Below, in pieces: positions 9,726-19,400 of a DNA stretch of 38,689 bases (the stretch's first letter is position 1; every line of letters begins with the position of its first letter). Below the pieces are notes generated by a model, which saw only the letters and a program-made list of their open reading frames with translations, was not told the origin of the DNA and did no database searches. The stretch comes from Thermodesulfovibrionia bacterium (GTDB lineage Bacteria; Nitrospirota; Thermodesulfovibrionia; Thermodesulfovibrionales; SM23-35): NCBI GenBank assembly GCA_041478735.1, contig JBGOWS010000001.1:1-38689 (forward strand), read 5' to 3'. The position numbers were made by a program, and so were the translations under genes.

Positions 9726-10464
9726 GAAAATGTATACCCGCGAAGAGTTTGAGAACTTGCGCAAAGAGTCTGCACTGGCTATGGACGGGGATCAATCCAT
9801 TAGGGAAGAAGCGCTTAAAGTGCTGGTAAAGGCAGATCAATACCGGTGGATCCATCAAACCACCTGGCTTGGTGAGCCAATCCTCAATCTCCCCCAAGAT
9901 ATGTTTGCGATTCAGGAAATTATTTTCAGGACCAGGCCGAAATTTATTATAGAAGTTGGAGTTGCATGGGGAGGTTCTCTGTTATTCTACTCCACGCTTA
10001 TGGAGGCGCTCGGCGGTGAAAGAATTGTCGGCGTAGACCTATACATCCCTGAGGATCTGAAAGCCAGGCTCCTTTCGCACGGGAAACTGTCGGAGAGGAT
10101 TACCTTGATAAACGGATCATCAGTTGAAGAGGATACGCTCAGCAGAATTCAATCCATCATCGGTAATTCGCGCGATGTCATGATAATGCTGGACTCCTAT
10201 CATACCCACCAACACGTTCTCATGGAACTTAGGATGTATTCACCTCTAATCGGTATAGGGCACTATCTGATTTGCGGGGATACCATCCTTGAAGATATTC
10301 CACAGCAGGTGCACCGCCCACGGCCATGGGGACCGGGCAATAACCCAAAAACAGCCCTCAATGCGTTTCTGAAGGAGTCGGATCGCTTTGTCGTTGACGA
10401 AAGCATAGGTACAAAATTATTGTTCACCTGTAACCCGGGCGGGTATCTTCGGTGCGTACGATGA
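9715..10464 (+). CDS. CmcI/cephalosporin-hydroxylase-family SAM methyltransferase (sugar O-methyltransferase type)
   Basis: WIHQTTWLGEPILNLPQDMFAIQEIIF...IIEVGVAWGGS is the CmcI-family signature. GTG at 9715 lies 6 nt after AGGAGG (9703-9708). The track start at 9694 (TTG) and the ATG at 9730 are alternatives. Confidence 0.75.
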   Translation: MSDKKMYTREEFENLRKESALAMDGDQSIREEALKVLVKADQYRWIHQTTWLGEPILNLPQDMFAIQEIIFRTRPKFIIEVGVAWGGSLLFYSTLMEALGGERIVGVDLYIPEDLKARLLSHGKLSERITLINGSSVEEDTLSRIQSIIGNSRDVMIMLDSYHTHQHVLMELRMYSPLIGIGHYLICGDTILEDIPQQVHRPRPWGPGNNPKTALNAFLKESDRFVVDESIGTKLLFTCNPGGYLRCVR

Positions 10465-13400
10465 ATAAAGCGCTGGTGAGCATCGGGATTCCTGTCTATA
10501 ATGATGAAACTTGGGTGAGCAAGACATTGAAATCTGTTATCAATCAGGATTATAATAATCTTGAGATAATAGTTGTAGATGATTTTTCCAACGATAAGAC
10601 CCGCGAAATATGTAAATCATTTCAAACCACAGATCACAGAATTATCTTCCATGAAAATCCTTTTACTATAGGTGCTATAGAAAACCATAAACTTGTTTTC
10701 AACTTAAGTCACGGTGAATATTTTATTTGGTGTAATGGTCACGACTATTTTGATCCATCTTACATCTCGAAATGTGTAGAATCTTTAGAACAGGATAAAA
10801 GCTTGCAGCTATGTTGCGGTAAAACCGATCTCATTAGCATGGACGGAGTAACTTTCAAAACGTTATTCCAATCACTTGATACCCGTGGAATGAGTGCTGT
10901 TGACCGCTTCCATGCAGTTTATTGGGCGTCAACAAAAAATGCATGTATCTTTTATGGTGTGTTCAGATCGGAGAGCATAAAAAATGCAAACCCTTTTCGT
11001 AAAACATTGGGTGGAGATTTAATCTTTCTTGCTGAAGTATCATTAAAAGGAAATTTCCTACAACGAGATGACATTACATTCTACCGTCAGCGAGTAAGAC
11101 CAGAACTTACTGTCGAACAGGCTACTCAACGCTGGATTGAGAATATTGTTCAACCAGAAGGTCATCGCCTTGAAGCTGTCACTCCTTGGCTAAACATGGC
11201 ATATGAGTATCTTAATATGATTGTTAATTTAAGAAGACCCGCCACTGAACAGGAAGTTCTATTATCGACAGCAATTGATCTAGTAAAGATAATATATGGC
11301 GATCGGATACAATCAGACATTGAGAAACTTATCTCTATCAATGTTGAGGAAATAACAGGTCCTTTTAATCGCAATACTTATCTGACAGAACTCATCCCCA
11401 ACTTAATCAAAGCCAAGTTTTTTTATCGTGATATTAGCAAATTAGACAATATGTTGCATAAATGTATTGGAATGACAGGACAAGTTGATTCATTGATGTC
11501 TGTACCTTATCGGCCGATGTCAATAGTGACAGACTTAACCAAAATGAAGTTACCAAAAATGGCAATTGAGCAATATAATAAATCTCAAGAGTATATAACA
11601 TCGGGAAACTTTAATGAAGCCATAAACGAACTGGAAGTACTCATTGACGGGTATCCCGATTTCGCCATCGCCTATAATGACCTTGGAGTTATTTATTACA
11701 ACAAGGGGGATAAGGAAAGGGCGCTGAAATATTACGAGAAGGCAGTGGCATTAAATCCAGAAAATATTAACTTCCAGAAAAACCTCGCCGATTTTTATTT
11801 TGTAGAATTGGGTCATACCGAAGATGCTATCAGGATTTACCTCAAGGTTCTGGCTACACATCCCGAGGATATTGAAGCATTGCTTACTATTGGTAATTTT
11901 TGTGTTACTGTGGAAAAGATCGAGCAGGCAAAAGTCTTTTTCAATAGAGTGCTTAAAATTAACCCAATAAATGCAGAAGCCATGAAAATCATTGATCTTC
12001 TAAACAAGCAACATAGGGCAATTACGCCTGCGCAGACTGATGCGACCACAAATGGCGTTGAATGCCCTATATGTGACGGAAGATTTCAGGCATTTTTACC
12101 CTTTGGAGTAAGGCCGAGACCCAACGCTTTGTGCCCTGTTTGCGACAGCTTAGAGCGCCACCGCCTGCTGTGGCTGTATCTCCAAATAAAAACGGACTTT
12201 TTAAAAGAAAATTTAAAGGTTCTTGACATCGCTCCGACAAGGGTTCTTTCACGAAAAATCGCAGAGCTGCCGAACATTGACTACATAAGCATTGATTTAA
12301 ATTCACCGTTGGCTATGCAATTTATGGATATAACATCACTAACTTTCCCCGACAATCATTTCGATTGCATATTCTGCTACCATGTTCTCGAACACATCCC
12401 TGACGACAACAAAGCGATTAGCGAATTGTTTCGCGTTCTGAAACCTTCAGGATGGGCAATTATACAAGTACCCGTTAATGAAGATATCGAGAAAACATTA
12501 GAGGACACCAAGGTTACCGACCCTAAAGAACGAGAGAAACTATATGGACAGAATGACCATGTCCGCCTTTATGGAAGGGACTTTAAAGAACGGCTTGAGA
12601 AGGGCAAGTTCTATGTCACTGTAGATGATTTTGTATCGACATTACCCCTGAATCAGATTAAAACTTACGCGCTCGATCCTAATGAAAACATCTATTTTTG
12701 CAGAAAGAAATCAAAGTCGCAAAATTTAAGCGTACCTGATATCAAAAGGAACAAAATAAAAGTTGTCTTTGCGGTTACCGAAACAGGAGAAATGAGCGCT
12801 GCGGGCGATTATTTCACGGCGATGGAACTCGGCCTTGCCTGTCGGGAACAATTCGGTTGGGATGTCGAATTGGTACCTACGGAAAGATGGTACGATGTTG
12901 CTGATGCTGATGTCCTTGTTGCCATGACCCACCGCTATAATCTCAATCGATTGGTCCCCTTGGCCACGAGTATCATAAAAATTTGCTGGATGCGGAATTG
13001 GTTTGACGGCTGGGCCGGGCAACCTTTCTTTCACCTTTGGGATATTTATCTCTGCTCTTCCCTAAAGGCACTTGACTATATTAAGGGGAAATACCATGTA
13101 AACCCGCATCTTTTGAGACTCGCGACAAACCCAAAAAGGTTCAATCCACTTGGACAGGAGCGAAAAATTGACTACTGTTTTACCGGAAACTATTGGAACG
13201 ATCCCAGGGATATTGAGAAGATAAACCCGGAAAAAATCGGTTTGAATTTCGCCCTGTTCGGTAAAAACTGGGAACAACATGCTCAATTCAAACAATATTA
13301 TAGAGGATTCATTCCATATTCTGATCTGCCGAGTATTTATAATCAGGCAAAGATACTGGTTGATGACGCCAATAGAGTGACAAAACAGTGGGGCTCCGTA

Positions 13401-16400
13401 AACAGTCGGGTTTTTGATGCTTTGGCCGCAGGTACGTTAGTAATAACTAATAGCATGGAGAGTTCCAAGGATGCTTTTCAGGGCAAGTTGCCGGTCTATA
13501 ACACACCCGCCGAATTACGGAAATTGCTTCATCTATTCACAGGTGATTCCCAAGCATACGAAAGCAAGGTCAATATACTCCGCAAAATGGTCATGGACTA
13601 TCACACGTATGAGGTCAGAGCTCTAGAGTTTGGGGAGATTCTATCAAATTATGGCAACATAAGGCAGGGTATTGACACTGGATTGAGCAAAAATAGATCT
13701 CTTAAGGCGATTCCCCGCATTTCCATTATTATCCCGGTTTTTAACAAACTTGACTTTACGAAGAAGTGTTTGTCGGCGCTGAAAGTAAACACCAATCCGG
13801 ACATTTATGAAATCATTGTTGTTGATAACGCGTCAACGGACGGCACTGCACGTTTTCTCGCGTCTCTTAACAGCCTATCAATAAAAATCATCACGAACGA
13901 AAAAAACGAGGGTTTTGCAAAGGCCTGCAATCAAGGGGCAAAAGCCGCATCAACTGACTACCTGCTCTTCCTCAACAACGACACTGAGCCGCAGCAGGGA
14001 TGGCTTGAACCGCTCTTGAATATTATCAGTCATGATGATTCGGTTGCTGCCGTTGGCAGCAAGTTGCTCTATCCCGATGGGACGATCCAGCACGGGGGCA
14101 TATTGATCGTCGATGACCGGAAAAACAACGATCCGCTGCTGGCGAGAAACAACCATGTAAACAAACCAGCAACCGCACCCGAAGCAAATGAGCCTGCCAC
14201 CTATCAGGCGCTGACCGCAGCTTGCCTCCTAATTCGCAAGGCCGCATTTCAAAAAGCAGGCGCCTTTGATGAAGAGTACTGGAACGGCTATGAGGATGTC
14301 GACTTGTGCTTCACGCTTCGGGAGCAGGGTGGAAAACTCGTCTATCAGCCGGAAAGCGTCGTGATCCACCATGAATCCAAGAGCGGTCCCGAACGCTTCA
14401 GCAAGGCAAGGGAGAACATCGCCCGCCTGCACAAAAAATGGCTGGGCAAAATCAAGCCGGATGCTGTTCTGAACAAAGACGGGAGCGTGGCAATGACCGA
14501 TGCAGGAACAATACAGCCGTACCGCGCTCTGGAGTGGGACAACCAGCCGCTCGTCACTGCGCCTGCAGCGATCAAGCCGAACATTACCTCCATCGTCATT
14601 CTCACCTTTAACCAGCTTAAGTATACAAAGGAGTGTGTCGAGAGCATCAGTAAACATACACCTGAGCCGCACGAGATCATCTTTGTGGATAATGGTTCAA
14701 CAGACGGGACTGTAAAATGGCTGAAAAAGCTTGTGGAGGAGAATCCTTCTTATCGGCGTATTGAGAACGGTACAAACCTTGGGTTTGCAAGAGGCTGTAA
14801 TCAGGGTATTACTGCGTCGAAGGGTGAGTATATACTGCTGCTTAACAATGATGTGGTTGTGACGGAAAACTGGCTTTCAGGCATGCTTGAATGTCTTAAC
14901 AGTGACCCCGGCATAGGCATTGTGGGGCCGATGACAAATAACATCAGCGGCACACAGAAGGACTCCAATGCCACATATAAGACCATTAAGGACATGCACA
15001 CCTATGCAAAGTCGTTCAGGGAAAAGAACCAGCATCGCAGGATACCATTGAGGAGGATCGTCGGCTTTTGCATGCTGTTTAGACGCTCGCTGGTAGAAAA
15101 AATCGGGTTACTGGATGACAGTTTTGGTACAGGCAATTTTGAGGATGACGATTATTGCCTGAGATCTTCATTGGCAGGATACAGGAATATTATTGCAGGG
15201 GATGTCTTTATTCATCATTACGGAAGCAGGAGTTTTATCGGTAACAGGATAGACTATGGTTCAGCAATGGCGGGCAACCGTAAGATATTTAATGAGAAAT
15301 GGAGCGGGATAAATTCTCAGAGCGAACTTGGGCAGAAGCTGGTTATTACAAGTGCGTTGGAGAATGCGACCGAACTGCATGAAAGGGGGATGACCGATAA
15401 GGCGGTGGAGAGACTTATCGAAGGCATAAAATATTCACCGGAAAACAAGGCGATCTATTATGCCCTTGCTATGATATTGATCGACGCTAAGCGGTATCAG
15501 GATGCATTTGATGCACTCAACTCCTTGCCGGAGGAAGCAAAAAATGATGCTAAGAGTTTGGAACTGATAGGTTACTGCAAGGAAGGCATTGCGCATTACG
15601 AAGAGGCAGAGGAGTATGCTGACAAAGCGCTTTCAATGAACTCTACCCGAGCCCCGGCTCTCAATCTTAGAGGGATATTGGCGTACAGACAGGGCGATAG
15701 AAAAACAGCAGAAGATCTCTTTAAAAGAGCGATTGCTTCTGATCCTGGATATGGCGAGCCATATACAAACCTTGGTGTTCTGAGCTGGGCTGAAGGAAAT
15801 AAGGATGAGGCTTTGAATATGCTTGAGAGGGGATTCATCCTGTCACCGGCTATCATGGATATAGCCACTACATACCATTCAGCAATTACCGGGATGAACG
15901 AATTCGGGAGGGCTGAGAGGGTATTCCATGAGGCCCAGGCGCTTTATCCATTGAGACGCAGGATTGCCTTTCTTCTTATCGATGTGCTGTTACAGCAAGG
16001 CAAAAATAAGGAAGCAATGCAGGAAATAGAAGAAGCGATGGTTTCATTCGGAATAGATGATGACCTTCTCTCCGCTGCCCTTGCGGTCAGGGATAAAGTC
16101 GGCTCTAAAGAGATAAATAAGACCTTAAAAAACAGAGGAACCCTTTCCTTATGCATGATCGTGAAGAATGAGGAACAACATATCGCGAAATGCCTTATGA
16201 GCGTGAAGCCTGTTGTCGACGAGATGATAGTGGCTGATACAGGTTCGACGGACAGGACGAAGGAGATAGCAAAGGCGTTAGGCGCAAAGGTATATGATTT
16301 TGAATGGACAGGGGATTTCTCTGAGGCGAGGAACTATTCACTGTCAAAGGCTTCAGGTAAGTGGATTCTTGTGCTCGATGCCGATGAGGTGATCTCTTTA

Positions 16401-19400
16401 TTGGATCATGAGAAGATAAGGACTATCGCAGATAACAATGAAGATAAGAAGATGGCCCGCCAGTTTACTACAAGGAACTATGTTGATTTTGTGGGAATAC
16501 ATAGCTGGAGAAAAAACGACGATTTCTATAATGAACAGGCTGGTGTTGGGTGGATAGCTAGCAGAAAGGTAAGATTTTTCCCGCGCAATGACAAAATATA
16601 TTTTGTAAACCCTGTTCACGAAATTCTGGAGCCTTCTATAGAAAAACTTAGCATGGAGATAGTGGAATGTGATGTTCCCATACACCATTATGGCAAATTG
16701 GATAAAGACAAGGGTAAAAAGAAGGGTAGTATATATTTAGAACTGGGAGAGAAAAAGCTTGCCGAATCTGGTGGTGGAGATCCAAAGGCGCTCTGGGAAC
16801 TGGGAATTCAGAATTTTGTGAACGGAAATTATCAGGATGCCTTGGAAAGATTCCGTGAGATCATAGCCCTCGAGCCAGAACTCCTGCAGGCCGGTACTGA
16901 ATTGTCAAAGGTCCATATGCAAGTCGGTATTTGTTACATGTGTCTCCATAACTATTCAGATGCATTAGCTTCACTTGGGAAGTCTATTGAGCTGGCTCCT
17001 GACCTGAAGGAGGCGAACCTTAATTATGCTGTAACGCTTATCTTTCTTGGACGGGCAGCAGAGGCAATTATTTCGATCGAAACATTTTGCAGAATGGACC
17101 CGAACCACCTTCATGGGAAATACATACTTGCCATTGCACAATTCTGTGCAGGGAAGAAGGAAGAAGGCTTTTCGACAGTTAGTTCACTCAACGGCAGTAT
17201 GATGCCATTCATGCAATTTGTGGCGCTTTTTGTGAAAGATCTTAAGTTGTCAGGCCAATCAGACTATATTCCGGCAATCCTCAGGCCACTTGAGGAACTT
17301 AACAGCATCACTCCTGAACTGTCTGTGATGCTCAAAGAATGTTGCCGGGAGGAGAAATCTAAAGGAGTTATTGACGAAAAATCTATTAATGTCTTTGAAA
17401 AACCTTGTGAAGATACGAACCAGGATAAGCACAGAATCGATTCAGATGAAGGGATTAAAACTTTTACACAGAAAGAAGCAAAGACAGGTCTGACTTCTAT
17501 TGTGATATTGACCTTTAACCAACTCAAATACACGCAGGAATGCGTAGATAGTATCAGGAGATATACCCCTGAGATACATGAGATCATCTTTGTGGATAAT
17601 GGTTCAACTGATAGAACCGTGAAGTGGCTGAGGGAGCTCATCAATGAAAACCCGAACTATAAACTCATCGAGAATGAAAAGGATCTTGGTTTTGCGAAAG
17701 GATGCAATCAGGGGATAAGCGCATCATCAGGAGAATATATTCTCCTGATGAATAATGAAGTTGTTGTTACAGAAGGCTGGCTTTCAGGAATGCTCGAATG
17801 CCTGAACAGTGCACTGGATATCGGCATCGTAGGCCCCATGACAAATAATATCAGCGGTCCCCAGAAGGTTGCGGATGCTGGTTATAAGGCAATGCACAAG
17901 ATGCATGAATATGCCAGGCTTTTCAGGGAAAGGCACAGGCACAGGAGAATATCGCTCAAAAGAATAGCCAGGTTCTGCATGCTTTTCAGGCGTGAACTGG
18001 TTAAAAAGATCGGGATGCTTGACGAGAGTTTCGGATCTATAAATTTTGAGGACGATGATTTCTGTCTTAGGGCAATTATTGAAGGATATAGGAACCTTGT
18101 TGCAGGTGATGTTTTTATTCACTATCACGGCAGTAGGAGCTTTATCGGCAACAGGATTGACTATAGTGCAGCCATGTCTGGCAACAGGAAGATTTTCAAT
18201 GAGAAATGGAACGGGATTGACCGAAACAGCGCGTTGGGAAAAGCGCTGGTGATGGTTACCGCGCTTGAACAGGCAGATGAACTGAAACAGCAAGGCCTTG
18301 TTAATGAAGCTGTAAAGGTTTTGATCGACTCTATCAGCTTCGCTCCGGACGACAAGAGGAGCTACCTGAATCTTGCGGAACTGCTTATTGAAGACAAAAG
18401 GTTCACAGACGCGCTTGAGGCGCTTCAGAACCTACCTGTTGGATCAGAAGTGGATGCGCGGGTAATGGAATTGACAGGTTATTGCAAGGAAGGTATGAAG
18501 TTGTATGATGAAGCGATGGCTTGTGCTGAAAATGCCCTTGCAATAAATCCACACTCTGCATCAGCGCTAAACCTTAGGGGAGTGCTGGCAATCAGAAAGG
18601 GGGATAAAAGCACTGCAGAAGATTTCTTTAAGAAGGCTATAGATTCTGACCCTGGATATGGCGAGCCATATACAAACCTTGGGGTCATGAAGTGGGTCGA
18701 AGGGAAAAGGGAAAAAGGTTTCGAACTGCTCGAAAGGGGGTTCATGCTAGCTCCGTCCATTGCGGATATTGTTACAACATACCACTCTGCTGTTAGTGAA
18801 ATGAAAGCATTTGAGAGGGCTGAACGCGCCTTCAGGGAGGCAAAGGAACTTTATCCACAGAATAAGAGAATTATCTTTCTGTTAATAGATATTTTCTTGC
18901 AGCAGGACAGATTTGAGAATGCTATGCAGGAAATTGAACATGCAATGATAGTCTTTGGAATAGACGACGGCATGCTTTCTGCATCTCTTGATATCAGAGG
19001 TAAGATGGGCCCCAAGGAAATAAAAGAGACCATAAAGAAAAAAGGTACACTTTCTTTGTCAATGATCGTAAAAAACGAAGAGCAGCATATAGCGAAATGT
19101 CTTATGAGTGTAAAGCCTGTGGTGGACGAGATAATCGTGGTTGATACCGGTTCAACAGACAGGACAAAGGAAATTGCACTGGTTTTTGGTGCAAAGGTAT
19201 ATGATTTTGAATGGGCTGAGGATTTTTCTGCAGCGAGGAACTACGCTCTCGAAAAGGCTTCCGGACAGTGGATTCTCTCGCTCGATGCAGATGAGGTTAT
19301 ATCGCCCTCGGATTATGCTTCACTGTCCGCTCTTATAAAAAAGGATCATTCCAGGCCAACGGCTTATTCCTTCATAACCAGAAACTATTCAAATGAGATA

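Noticed and set aside
10452-10460. GTG start given by the ORF track for the giant gene.
   Set aside because: ATG at 10461 overlaps the upstream stop as ATGA, the coupling pattern used elsewhere in this operon, and begins the GT2 domain (MNKALVSIGIPVYN). The three extra codons have no support.
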